This document shows, one piece after another, positions 18,781 to 27,334 of a stretch of DNA of 64,000 nucleotides. Origin of the DNA: Candidatus Omnitrophota bacterium (GTDB lineage: Bacteria; Omnitrophota; Gorgyraeia; Gygaellales; UBA12090); contig JAUSCZ010000022.1 in the NCBI GenBank assembly GCA_030674475.1, positions 2,628 to 66,627 of the forward strand, in the 5' to 3' direction. A program made the position numbers and the translations under genes. A model generated the notes under the pieces. That model had not been told where the DNA came from. It made no database searches and saw only the letters and a program-made list of their open reading frames with translations. Within the stretch, counting starts at the first letter, position 1. Each line of letters starts with the position of its first letter.

Positions 18781-19977
18781 TTATTTTTTGATCTCGATGG
18801 CGAAGTTTCTGCCGAATTCAAAGCATTGTTTGAGTTCGTCCGGGCTAGGGGCGTATTTTATATTTAGGGGCGGCAAGACCAGTTTTATTCCGGCCTCTTT
18901 AATTTCGGCCTCTAACTCTTTAACCGGCGCATCCTTACTCCAGCCGTAAGAGCCGAAGAAAGCGCCGATTTTGTTCAGGGGTTTGAGGCTTTTTAGCTCA
19001 GCCAGAAGCTTGGTTATGGTGGGCAGGATATGATTGTTAGCTACGGATGAGCCGATAAGCAGTCCTTTGGCATCCAGGAGTTCTTTCATAATATCGCTTA
19101 AGTCAGAGATGGGGACACGGTAAACTTCTGCCCTTGCTCCCTCTGCGGTAATTCCCTCTAAAATTGCTGTGGCCATTTTTTCGGTGGAAAACCACATTGT
19201 ATCATAAGCGATAATAACCTTTTCTTTTGATTCTCCTTTGGCCCATCTTAGGTAAGACTCAATCGCCTTATCCGGATATTTGCGCCAGTTCAACCCATGG
19301 CTGGTGAGTATCATTCTGATGGAGAGATTCAGCTTTTGGATTTCCTGAAGTTTTCTTAAAATGGTAGAGCTTAGGGGCATAAGGATATTGGCGTAGTATT
19401 TGGCGTTCTCATCCATAATCAGGCCAAAATCCACCTCATCATCAAAGCGCTCCTGGCTGGCATAGTGCTGGCCAAAGGCATCGTTAGAAAAAAGTATTTC
19501 TTCTTGTTCCAGATAAGTCCACATACTGTCCGGCCAGTGAATCATCGGAGTCTCAATAAAGCGCAGGGTGTTTTTACCCAATTTTAAGGTATCACCGGTT
19601 TTGACGATCTGAAAATCCCAATTGTTGGGATAGTATTTATCCAGGCCTTCTTTGGCCTTTTGGTTAGTAATAATCTTTATTTTAGGCAGAAGCTTCATCA
19701 GCTTAGGAATAGCCCCGGAGTGATCCGGCTCAATATGATTGCAGATAAAATAATCTATTTTTTTAAGGTCAATGACTTCGCTGATCCGCTCAATCCACTC
19801 CCCAGAGAAATTATGATGCACGCCGTCAATCAGGACGGTTTTTTCATCCCTAAGAAGATAAGAATTATAAGTGGTTCCGGTGCGGGTGGTATAGGTATAT
19901 CCGTGAAAAAAACGGATATCCCAATCAATAGCTCCCACCCAATACAGGTTATCTTGTATTTTACAGGGATTAAACAT
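18781..19977 (-). CDS. Flavodiiron protein (rubredoxin:oxygen/NO oxidoreductase, FprA family)
   Basis: N-terminal metallo-beta-lactamase diiron domain (HIEPDHSGA) plus C-terminal flavodoxin domain, 398 aa. Confidence 0.8.
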   Translation of the reverse strand: MFNPCKIQDNLYWVGAIDWDIRFFHGYTYTTRTGTTYNSYLLRDEKTVLIDGVHHNFSGEWIERISEVIDLKKIDYFICNHIEPDHSGAIPKLMKLLPKIKIITNQKAKEGLDKYYPNNWDFQIVKTGDTLKLGKNTLRFIETPMIHWPDSMWTYLEQEEILFSNDAFGQHYASQERFDDEVDFGLIMDENAKYYANILMPLSSTILRKLQEIQKLNLSIRMILTSHGLNWRKYPDKAIESYLRWAKGESKEKVIIAYDTMWFSTEKMATAILEGITAEGARAEVYRVPISDLSDIMKELLDAKGLLIGSSVANNHILPTITKLLAELKSLKPLNKIGAFFGSYGWSKDAPVKELEAEIKEAGIKLVLPPLNIKYAPSPDELKQCFEFGRNFAIEIKK

Positions 19978-21685
19978 TGCCTATTTCCTCCTTGAATCTA
20001 TTAGTGATCGGCATTCTGCGGTCTCTGCCAAAGGCCCGGGGGGTGATTTTTACTCCCGGCGGAGACTGCCGGCGCTTGTATTCGCTGGTATCAACCATTC
20101 GGACAGTTTTTAAAACATCTTCCTGTTTAAAGCTTTTTTTGATTATTTCGGAAACTGCTAAATCATCCTCAATATAATATTTTAAAATCGGGTCTAAGGT
20201 CTCATATACCGGCAGGCTGTCGGAGTCCTTTTGATTTTCCCGCAATTCGGCAGTGGGCGCCTTTTCCAGGACCCGCTGGGGGATAATTTCTTTATTCTCC
20301 CTTTGATTATAAAACCCCGAAAGTTTATAGACCAGGGTTTTGGGCACATCCTTAATTACCGCGAAGCCTCCGGCCATATCCCCGTAAAGAGTGGCATAGC
20401 CTACGCCCATCTCACTCTTATTCCCGGTAGTCAGGACTAACCAGCCGAATTTGTTGGAAAGGGCCATCAAAATATTCCCCCGGATTCTGGCTTGGAGATT
20501 TTCTTCAGCCGTATTCCAGGGTTGGCCTGAGAAATGGGGATTCAGGATATCTAGGTATTTTTCAAAAATCTCCTGTATCGGGATAGTGCTATGTTTTAGG
20601 CCCAGGTTATTCGCTAAGCTAATGGCATCATCAGAACTGTCCGGGGAATTAAATCTGGAGGGTAGGATTGCCCCAATGACATTATCTCTACCTAAAGCCT
20701 CTGCCGCGATTACCGCCACCAGACTAGAGTCAACGCCTCCGCTTAATCCCAGGACTACTTTAGAGAATCCGTTTTTTTGGCAATAATCCCGGGTACCTAA
20801 AACTAAGGCCGAAAATACCTCTTCCGTTGTTTCGAGTTTTTGAATTCTGGCTGGGGGTATAAGTTGAAGTATATTTTTTTGTTCCGGAAGGTGGATAGTT
20901 ATAACTTTTGTTTTTTTGGATTTTGGTTTCTGAGGCAGTTTTTCCAAATCTAGGTCTACAGCCAGGAGGTCTTCTTTAAAGGCTGCAGCCAGAGATAAGA
21001 TTTTCCCTTTATCCGATATCAGCATACTCTGTCCGTCAAAGACCAACTCGTCCTGGCCTCCCACCAGATTTATATAAGCGATGAAAACTTTATTTTTCCT
21101 GGCTTGGTTTTTAAGCATTTTCTGGCGCAGGTTGATTTTACCGGTATGATACGGTGAGGCATTGATAGTCAGGATAAGGCTCGCGCCGGCTTGAGCCTGA
21201 GAGTTGATTACTCCGTCCTCTATCCAGATGTCTTCGCAGATATTCACCCCCAGTCGTAATCCATTTAGCTCATAAAGGTTGAATTTACTGCCGCTGGAAA
21301 AATAGCGCTTTTCATCAAAGACCCCGTAATTAGGCAGGTGTATTTTGTGATAGATGTCTATTGTTTTTTTGTTCGCCAATACCGCGGCGCTGTTAAATAG
21401 CGCTCCCTTTTCTTTAGATATACTGCCGACAATAGCGATAATCCCTGAGGTTTTTTCTTTGATTTGGTTTAAGCGCCGGATATTTTCCTGAATGAAGCTA
21501 TTTTTAAAAAGCAGGTCTTCCGGGGGATAACCACAGACCGCGAGCTCCGGAAAGCAGACTATATGTGAGCCTTGAGCCTTGGCTTGTTCAATAGCGTTGA
21601 TTATCTTGTGGGCATTACCGGCAAAATCACCGACACAAGTATTAATCTGGGCCATGGCTAAACGCAGGATATTATTTTTTTTCAA
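19970..21685 (-). CDS. nadE: Glutamine-dependent NAD+ synthetase (nitrilase + NAD synthetase domains)
   Basis: CN-hydrolase domain (FPELAVCGYPPEDLL) plus PP-loop SGGVDSSLVA. The start is reassigned to TTG 21683-21685 (MKKNNILRLAMAQINT...), with AGAGGAG 8 nt upstream. The track ORF is over-extended by 44 codons. Confidence 0.8.
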   Translation of the reverse strand: MKKNNILRLAMAQINTCVGDFAGNAHKIINAIEQAKAQGSHIVCFPELAVCGYPPEDLLFKNSFIQENIRRLNQIKEKTSGIIAIVGSISKEKGALFNSAAVLANKKTIDIYHKIHLPNYGVFDEKRYFSSGSKFNLYELNGLRLGVNICEDIWIEDGVINSQAQAGASLILTINASPYHTGKINLRQKMLKNQARKNKVFIAYINLVGGQDELVFDGQSMLISDKGKILSLAAAFKEDLLAVDLDLEKLPQKPKSKKTKVITIHLPEQKNILQLIPPARIQKLETTEEVFSALVLGTRDYCQKNGFSKVVLGLSGGVDSSLVAVIAAEALGRDNVIGAILPSRFNSPDSSDDAISLANNLGLKHSTIPIQEIFEKYLDILNPHFSGQPWNTAEENLQARIRGNILMALSNKFGWLVLTTGNKSEMGVGYATLYGDMAGGFAVIKDVPKTLVYKLSGFYNQRENKEIIPQRVLEKAPTAELRENQKDSDSLPVYETLDPILKYYIEDDLAVSEIIKKSFKQEDVLKTVRMVDTSEYKRRQSPPGVKITPRAFGRDRRMPITNRFKEEIGNV

Positions 21686-21705
21686 CTGAAGATCTCCTCT
21701 TGGGT

Positions 21706-21746
21706 GCGATAAATCGCCTGCCTGCGGTAGGCAGGCACCGCTACGC
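21706..21746 (-). promoter_or_regulatory. Conserved motif GCGATAAATCGC..CACCGCTACGC, copy A, ending 20 nt upstream of the nadE start. It contains an extra 18-bp palindrome CTGCCTGCGGTAGGCAGG.
   Basis: Matches the motif at 43414-43441 and 50335-50359 with identical spacing to the start codon. Confidence 0.6.
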
Positions 21747-21765
21747 AACACGGATGATTCAAACT

Positions 21766-22785
21766 TTATTTTCCTTGTAAGGCTAGTCCGTCTAAGGCGG
21801 TAGCACAGCCGGGACATTTACCGTCCTTTAAAACATTTTTAACTACATTAAAGCCGACGCGCGCGATGAGGTCTTGGCCGCACTTATAGCAATAAGTCTT
21901 TTCTTCTTCCAGGACATTTCCGATATAGACATAACGCAGGCCGGCGTCTTTGCCGATAGTGTAGGCTTCTTTGAGTTTGGTTAGGGGTGTGGGTTCTCCA
22001 TCCGTAATTTTATAATCCGGGTGAAAGCGCGAGATATGCCAGGGGATTTCCTTACCCACTCCGCTTAAGAATTCGGCTATATCTTTGAGTTCTTCGCTTG
22101 AATCATTAAAGTCCGGTATCACTAAAGTAGTTATCTCAACCCAGATATTCATCCGGCGCATCAAGGAGATGGTGTCCAAAACCGGTTGAAGCCTTCCCCC
22201 GCAGACTTTTTGGTAATTCGCGTCGTTAAAAGATTTCAGGTCCACATTGGCGGCGTCCAAATACGGCTTAATCATCTCTAAAGCTTCCGGGGTCATATAG
22301 CCGTTGGTAACAAATATGTTGTAGAGGCCTTTTTCTTTAGCTAATTTCGCCGTCTCCAGGGCGTATTCAAAAAATATAGTTGGTTCGGAATAGGTGTAGG
22401 ATATGCTTTGACACTTATGCTGAAGGGCTTCGCTGACAATTCTTTCCGGGCTTTTTGGCTCTACTCTTATTCCTAATTTGTCTGCTTCTTTTTTTTGGGA
22501 TATCTGCCAGTTTTGGCAAAAGCCGCACCTGAAATTACAGCCTAAGGCGGCAAAAGAATAAGACTTTGAGCCGGGCAGCATATGGAAGATGGGCTTTTTC
22601 TCGATGGGGTCAATATTGGCCGCGCACAACTCTCCGTAGGTCAAGGTATAGAGCGTGCCCTCTTTATTCTGACGCGCCTGGCAGATTCCAAATTGCCCGT
22701 CAGCAATCAGACAGCGATGGCCGCAAAGAAAACAGCTGACCTTATGGTCTTGGAGTTTTTTATAAAGAAGCGCCTCTTTTAACAT
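21766..22785 (-). CDS. AmmeMemoRadiSam-system-type radical SAM enzyme (AmrS-like)
   Basis: Radical SAM CNFRCGFCQN motif preceded by the N-terminal Cys/His cluster VSCFLCGHRCLIADGQFGICQ. Start assigned to MLKEALLYKK at 22785; the track ORF has a 64-codon spurious extension. Confidence 0.65.
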   Translation of the reverse strand: MLKEALLYKKLQDHKVSCFLCGHRCLIADGQFGICQARQNKEGTLYTLTYGELCAANIDPIEKKPIFHMLPGSKSYSFAALGCNFRCGFCQNWQISQKKEADKLGIRVEPKSPERIVSEALQHKCQSISYTYSEPTIFFEYALETAKLAKEKGLYNIFVTNGYMTPEALEMIKPYLDAANVDLKSFNDANYQKVCGGRLQPVLDTISLMRRMNIWVEITTLVIPDFNDSSEELKDIAEFLSGVGKEIPWHISRFHPDYKITDGEPTPLTKLKEAYTIGKDAGLRYVYIGNVLEEEKTYCYKCGQDLIARVGFNVVKNVLKDGKCPGCATALDGLALQGK

Positions 22786-23524
22786 TGAGATTATCCACAG
22801 GCTTGATTTCTTCCTTAAGCAGTATTTTCTCCAGCCAGACAAAAAGTATGGAGAAGAAATATTTGCGCGAGAGGGCGCAAATATCGTATTTGGATACCCC
22901 GCTCTCCCTGCCCCGCCAATTAATCGGCACCACCGCGTAAGAATAACCCCTGATGATGGCCTTAAGGGGAATCTCAACGGTAATATTGAAATGCTGGGAT
23001 ATTAAAGGCTGGACTGTCCTGATGACCTCAACCCGGTAGGCCTTAAAGGCGTTAGAGACATCATTATATTTGATTTGAAAGAGAAACTGAATGAGTTTGT
23101 TACCTAAGCGGTTTAAAAGCAGTTTGAGTAGGGGATATTCGCTTACCTTGCTGTCTTTGACAAAGCGCGAGCCAAAGGCGCAATCGTAACCCTCCAATAT
23201 TTTATTGTAGTATTTTATTACATCTGCCGGGTCATCCGAGCCGTCGCCCATACAAATCACCACCACATCGCCTTGAATATTATTCAGGCCTACCCTTATT
23301 GCCCGGCCAAATCCTTTGGGTTCAGTAGAGGTAATGATCCTGACCGCGGCATAATCTTTTTTGAGCTTATCCAAAACCCGGGGAGTGCTATCGCTGGAAT
23401 TATCATTGACTAAGATAAGCTCATAAGGGATTATTTTAGCTTCCAGCTCCCGGATTAGCTCCCGGGCAGTCTTTTCGATGCAGGCTTCTTCATTGTGCAC
23501 CGGAATGACTACGGAGAGTTTCAT
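22760..23524 (-). CDS. Family 2 glycosyltransferase (dolichyl-phosphate mannose synthase-like)
   Basis: MKLSVVIPVHNEE...LVNDNSSD...DGDGSDDP, 254 aa. Confidence 0.75.
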   Translation of the reverse strand: MKLSVVIPVHNEEACIEKTARELIRELEAKIIPYELILVNDNSSDSTPRVLDKLKKDYAAVRIITSTEPKGFGRAIRVGLNNIQGDVVVICMGDGSDDPADVIKYYNKILEGYDCAFGSRFVKDSKVSEYPLLKLLLNRLGNKLIQFLFQIKYNDVSNAFKAYRVEVIRTVQPLISQHFNITVEIPLKAIIRGYSYAVVPINWRGRESGVSKYDICALSRKYFFSILFVWLEKILLKEEIKPVDNLNVKRGASL

Positions 23525-23528
23525 CTTT

Positions 23529-23714
23529 TTAGGAAATTTTTATCGCCTCAACCGGGCAATCCTCAGCTCCTTTTTTGGCGCACTCTTCCTGGTCGGCGGG
23601 CACATTTTCGGTAATAGCAATTGCCTTATCGCCTTCCATTCGGTACATTTCCGGACAAGTGTCCGCGCACAATCCGCATCCAATACAGGTATCCGCGTCA
23701 ACTACAGCTTTCAT
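23529..23714 (-). CDS. Small 4Fe-4S ferredoxin
   Basis: 61 aa with CIGCGLCADTCP ... CPVEAI. Confidence 0.7.
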   Translation of the reverse strand: MKAVVDADTCIGCGLCADTCPEMYRMEGDKAIAITENVPADQEECAKKGAEDCPVEAIKIS

Positions 23715-23724
23715 TGTTTTCCTC

Positions 23725-24450
23725 CTATTTTTCCTGTTTAAGTATCTTTACCTCTATTTTTCCTTTTAATAACTCCTGGAAGCGTTGGGCATCCGCGAGA
23801 GAACCCACAATATCGCCGTAATGCATGGGCACGGCTATTTTAGGCTTAATGGCTAAGGCCGCCTCAGCCGCTTCATCGGCGGTCATTACATAGGTTCCGC
23901 TTACCGGAAGCAGGGCTAGATCACAGCGGTAATCTTTCATCTGGGGGATATTGTCGGTATCTCCGGCATGATATACAGTTATCCCGTCAATAGTAACAAT
24001 AAACCCTAATTTGCGGCTGTCTTGAGTATGAAATTCCTTGCCGATGTTATAACTGGACACAGCCTGGACTTTAACTTTAGATACCTCGATAGTTTCTCCG
24101 GGATTGAGGCCCTTAATCTCCTGGCAATTGATTTTGCCCTGAAGTTGCCGGCTCACGTTTTTATCTGTAATAATCACGGTTTCACTGGAGCTTATCGCGG
24201 ATATATCATCCCGGGAAAAGTGGTCAAAATGCTCATGGGAAATAAATATCAAGTCCGCTTTTTTAGAATTTTTAGACAGTTTCCAGGGGTCAAAGTATAT
24301 TGTCTTAGAGCCATCAAAGCGAAAACTGTCATGTCCCAGCCAGTGCAGATTTTTTAACATCTTATTCACCTCTTTCTCGGTCTGGGCAAAGATTGGTCCG
24401 GCAAAGAATATAGCTGTTCCCAGTGTTATAAACAAAAGGTTTTTTTTCAT
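23725..24450 (-). CDS. Secreted MBL-fold metallo-hydrolase
   Basis: Signal peptide MKKNLLFITLGTAIFFAGPIFAQ, HxHxDH motif (SHEHFDHF), 241 aa. Confidence 0.7.
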   Translation of the reverse strand: MKKNLLFITLGTAIFFAGPIFAQTEKEVNKMLKNLHWLGHDSFRFDGSKTIYFDPWKLSKNSKKADLIFISHEHFDHFSRDDISAISSSETVIITDKNVSRQLQGKINCQEIKGLNPGETIEVSKVKVQAVSSYNIGKEFHTQDSRKLGFIVTIDGITVYHAGDTDNIPQMKDYRCDLALLPVSGTYVMTADEAAEAALAIKPKIAVPMHYGDIVGSLADAQRFQELLKGKIEVKILKQEK

Positions 24451-24454
24451 CCCG

Positions 24455-25336
24455 CTATTTTTTTATCAGACACTCGAACTGAATATTGGTGTGCTCGATA
24501 TGAAATCTTTCCTCCAGAAGCTTATTGATTTTTTCCAAAAGTTCGTTGGCCGTGCTTACCTTGCAGTCTTCGATCACTATCTGAGCGGTTAGGGCATACA
24601 TTGAAGAAGCGATGGTCCAGGCATGCAGGTGATGCACTTCATGCACTCCCTTTACTTCATTCTTTAAGACCTGGATCACCTCATCTATGTCCAAATGTTT
24701 GGGTGTGGCCTCTAAAAGGATATTCGCCGACTCAATAATCAGCTTTACCGCCCAGATGACAATCAGCCCGCAGATAAAAAAAGCCAACAACGGGTCAATA
24801 ATATAATTTTTAGTATAAAATATGATAATACCCGCCGCGACTACCGCGATACTGGATATCATATCTCCTATTTCGTGGAGAAACGCGCTTTTTATATTGA
24901 TGTCATGTTTGCAGACTCCGGCCAGCAAAAAGGTGCTTATCCCGTTTATAACCAGGCCAAATCCGGCCACTAAGAGCATCTCACTGGCCTTAATTTCTTC
25001 CGGAGAAACGAATCTCTTTAGCGCCTCATAGGCTAAGTATCCGGTTATAAGTATCAGGACTACGCCGTTGATAAAGGCCGCCAGTATCTCCGCCCGGTAA
25101 AAACCATAAGTCCTTTTTTTGGTGGGAGAGCGCAGGGAAAGGACAATCGCGAAATAGCTCATCCCCAAGGCAAAGATATGGGTCAGCATATGCCCGGCAT
25201 CGGAAATCAGGGCCAAGCTGTTAGAAATAAAACCACCGATAAACTCAAAAAACATCCCTAAGGAAGTTAAAATAAGGGCAATTTTTAACCGGGATAATTT
25301 TGTCTGCTTATCGTGTTGATGGCTGTGTATGGTCAT
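24455..25336 (-). CDS. Cation diffusion facilitator family transporter (CzcD-like)
   Basis: Six TM segments plus C-terminal cytoplasmic domain with HEVHHLHAW. Start assigned to MTIHSHQHDKQ at 25336; the track ORF is extended by 60 codons into the leader region. Confidence 0.75.
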   Translation of the reverse strand: MTIHSHQHDKQTKLSRLKIALILTSLGMFFEFIGGFISNSLALISDAGHMLTHIFALGMSYFAIVLSLRSPTKKRTYGFYRAEILAAFINGVVLILITGYLAYEALKRFVSPEEIKASEMLLVAGFGLVINGISTFLLAGVCKHDINIKSAFLHEIGDMISSIAVVAAGIIIFYTKNYIIDPLLAFFICGLIVIWAVKLIIESANILLEATPKHLDIDEVIQVLKNEVKGVHEVHHLHAWTIASSMYALTAQIVIEDCKVSTANELLEKINKLLEERFHIEHTNIQFECLIKK

Positions 25337-25416
25337 TTTATTCTTGGCGGGAGATATAATCCCGGAATTTGCAATAGTAATGGCATTCGCCGCCAAATAA
25401 GGACGCATCTTCGTCA

Positions 25417-25456
25417 GAAAAAAGCGCTTGCATACTAAAAGTATGCGCGCACTTTT
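25417..25456 (-). terminator. Bidirectional hairpin terminator, AAAAAAGCGCTTGCATACTAAAAGTATGCGCGCACTTTTTT
   Basis: 13-bp stem flanked by A and T runs. Lies ~110 nt downstream of the rnpB 3' end on the minus strand and upstream of the CDF gene. Confidence 0.5.
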
Positions 25457-25567
25457 TTCTGCCAAATCTGCTGGCCAGAAGGCCGTGGTTGGGCTTCCTA
25501 TTAGCCCAAGCCACACCCTTCTTTGTCGTCCTCGGTGTCCGCATTCCTATTGCAAAATCCGGGATAA

Positions 25568-25940
25568 TTAAGACAGGCTTACTGTAAGCCGAGTTTTGTC
25601 TTAGCGCGAAAAAACTTCGCGCTAAGAGCGGCTATTTCTCTCGACCCTGACGTTGCCGCCAAGGCTCATGCAGCCTACCCGTCCTGGCAATATCGCGCCT
25701 TACGGCGAACATTTAAAGCGGGCAACTTTTAACCAGGACCTATTTGGCCTTACTCCGCGCAGAGATTGCTCGTTTCACCCTGCAACCAATGTCTTCTGCG
25801 GTTACAGACTCGTCTCTGTGGCTCTAATCCTATCCTTCAAATAAGGATGCCCTGATGTTCTCAGGGTGCGCCGCCCTGGGGAGCCCGGACTTTCCTCCCC
25901 CGCCGCTAAAGCGGCGGGAGCAGCCGCTCATAAGCCTGCC
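25568..25940 (-). ncRNA. rnpB: RNase P RNA (bacterial type A)
   Basis: Minus strand contains GGAGGAAAGUCCGGGCUCC (P4 5' strand) and ACAAAACUCGGCUUA (P4 3' strand). A P1 helix GGCAGGCUUA/UAAGCCUGUC closes the molecule. About 373 nt, starting directly after the rnhA stop codon. Confidence 0.8.
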
Positions 25941-26336
25941 TTAATATTTCGTTTGTTCAGAGGCTTTCTTTGCCAGCTTATCGGCCTGCTGATTTTCGGT
26001 TCGCGGGATATGCTTTATCTCAAAAGAGCTTAAACTGTTGGCTAGATGTTTGACCTGCTCAAATAAAGGTTTCAGGTTTATATGCCGAACCTTGTAAGCT
26101 CCCGTCATCTGCCGGCAAAGAAGTTCGCTGTCGCTATAGACCTTAACTTTATTGGCTTTAAGGATAATTGCTTCCTGCAGGGCATAGATCAAGGCGGTAT
26201 ATTCGGCCACATTATTGGTAGTATTACCGATAAATTTATGCAGGTTTTTAATCGGACTGCCGTCTTGTAAAATTACCACTCCGATTCCGGCCGGGCCGGG
26301 ATTACCTTTGGCTGCTCCGTCAATGTAAATTTCCAT
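25941..26336 (-). CDS. rnhA: Ribonuclease HI
   Basis: MEIYIDGAAKGNPGPAGIGVVI...NNVAEYTALIYAL...VYSDSELLCRQM, 131 aa. Confidence 0.85.
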   Translation of the reverse strand: MEIYIDGAAKGNPGPAGIGVVILQDGSPIKNLHKFIGNTTNNVAEYTALIYALQEAIILKANKVKVYSDSELLCRQMTGAYKVRHINLKPLFEQVKHLANSLSSFEIKHIPRTENQQADKLAKKASEQTKY

Positions 26337-26341
26337 CCTGT

Positions 26342-27070
26342 TTAGAGATCCTCTTCCAGATAAAGTATGCGCGCGCAGGCCCCGCAGGTAACCAACTTTT
26401 CCAGCATCTTGATTTCGTTAACCACCTGAGGAGTTACTGAGATAAAGCATCCCTGACAGGTGTAATTTTCCACCTTAACCAGGGCCAATCCGTGTAAGGC
26501 TTTGAGGATTCTCTCGTAAACAGCGTAAATCCGCTTATCTATGGAAGGAATGATTTGCTTGCCTTTGGCGGTCAGGTCGTTGATGGCGCCTTCCAGTTCT
26601 ATTACCCGTTCCTCCACCTTCTTTTTTTGCTCTAAGAATTTTTTTTCTTCCTCGCTCAAGCGCGCCTTTTCCTTAGTTATCTCTGCTTTAATGACATCCT
26701 GCTCATCCATAATTTTCAGGATTTCCTCTTCGCGCACCGAATTGTCGGCTTTTCCACCGGCAATCTGCTCCAACATAGTTTGATATTCTTTGTTGGTTTT
26801 TAAGGAAAAAAGCTGGCTGTTGAGCTTTTTTACATTTTCCTCCTTAGAGGATAATTCCAGTTCTTTTTCTTTGCGCCGGACCGCCAGGGCCTTAGACCTG
26901 TCCTCTAAACTGTTCAAATGGGCCTTTTTTTCCTCAAAGCTTTTTTGCAAAGAGGCAATTTCCTGAGGCAGTTCATCCTTAGCGGTTTTTAAGGCGTAAA
27001 TTTTGCCATCTATATCTTGCAGTGAAACCAGTTGCTTTATTTGCTCTTTTATGTTCAGGGTTTCAGCCAA
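26342..27070 (-). CDS. Coiled-coil protein with C-terminal C4 zinc ribbon (COG1579/DUF164 family)
   Basis: Long heptad-rich body ending in YTCQGCFISV...CGACARILY. This family is commonly found beside rnhA/rnpB. Confidence 0.6.
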   Translation of the reverse strand: MAETLNIKEQIKQLVSLQDIDGKIYALKTAKDELPQEIASLQKSFEEKKAHLNSLEDRSKALAVRRKEKELELSSKEENVKKLNSQLFSLKTNKEYQTMLEQIAGGKADNSVREEEILKIMDEQDVIKAEITKEKARLSEEEKKFLEQKKKVEERVIELEGAINDLTAKGKQIIPSIDKRIYAVYERILKALHGLALVKVENYTCQGCFISVTPQVVNEIKMLEKLVTCGACARILYLEEDL

Positions 27071-27101
27071 ATTTTAACCTCGCTCTCTTGGGGTAATAAA
27101 A

Positions 27102-27175
27102 TGGGCGCAATAGGATTCGAACCTATGACCTCCACAATGTGAATGTGACGCTCTAACCAGCTGAGCCATGCGCCC
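27102..27175 (-). tRNA. tRNA-Val(CAC)
   Basis: Minus strand GGGCGCAUGGCUCAGCUGGUUAGAGCGUCACAUUCACAUUGUGGAGGUCAUAGGUUCGAAUCCUAUUGCGCCCA folds as a cloverleaf with anticodon loop UUCACAU. Confidence 0.75.
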
Positions 27176-27189
27176 GAAAGTTGCTTTAC

Positions 27190-27263
27190 TGGGCCCAGGA
27201 GGATTCGAACCTTCGACCAAGTGATTATGAGTCACCTGCTCTAACCGACTGAGCTATGGGCCC
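27190..27263 (-). tRNA. tRNA with CAU anticodon (elongator Met or lysidine-modified Ile2)
   Basis: GGGCCCAUAGCUCAGUCGGUUAGAGCAGGUGACUCAUAAUCACUUGGUCGAAGGUUCGAAUCCUCCUGGGCCCA. U8, GCUC/GAGC D-stem, anticodon loop CUCAUAA. It lacks initiator features (no GGG:CCC anticodon stem, no 1:72 mismatch). Confidence 0.7.
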
Positions 27264-27334
27264 CAATAATACAGAACTAAAAGTTAAGATTTAAGAAGGA
27301 TTTGGGCCTTATCGCGTAGAAATGAAATTTTATA

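Noticed and set aside
21686-21817. N-terminal extensions of track ORFs: nadE (+44 aa), the radical SAM gene (+64 aa), the CDF transporter (+60 aa), clpC (+17 aa), the RDD protein (+15 aa)
   Set aside because: The extensions run through intergenic regulatory sequence and lack similarity to the protein families. Better starts with Shine-Dalgarno sequences exist downstream (TTG 21685, ATG 22785, ATG 25336, ATG 9401).
25338-25544. 68-aa minus-strand ORF between the CDF gene and rnpB
   Set aside because: Basic, low-complexity translation spanning a terminator hairpin. More likely non-coding leader.
25653-25844. 63-aa plus-strand ORF
   Set aside because: Lies entirely inside the RNase P RNA gene on the opposite strand, so it is an antisense artefact.
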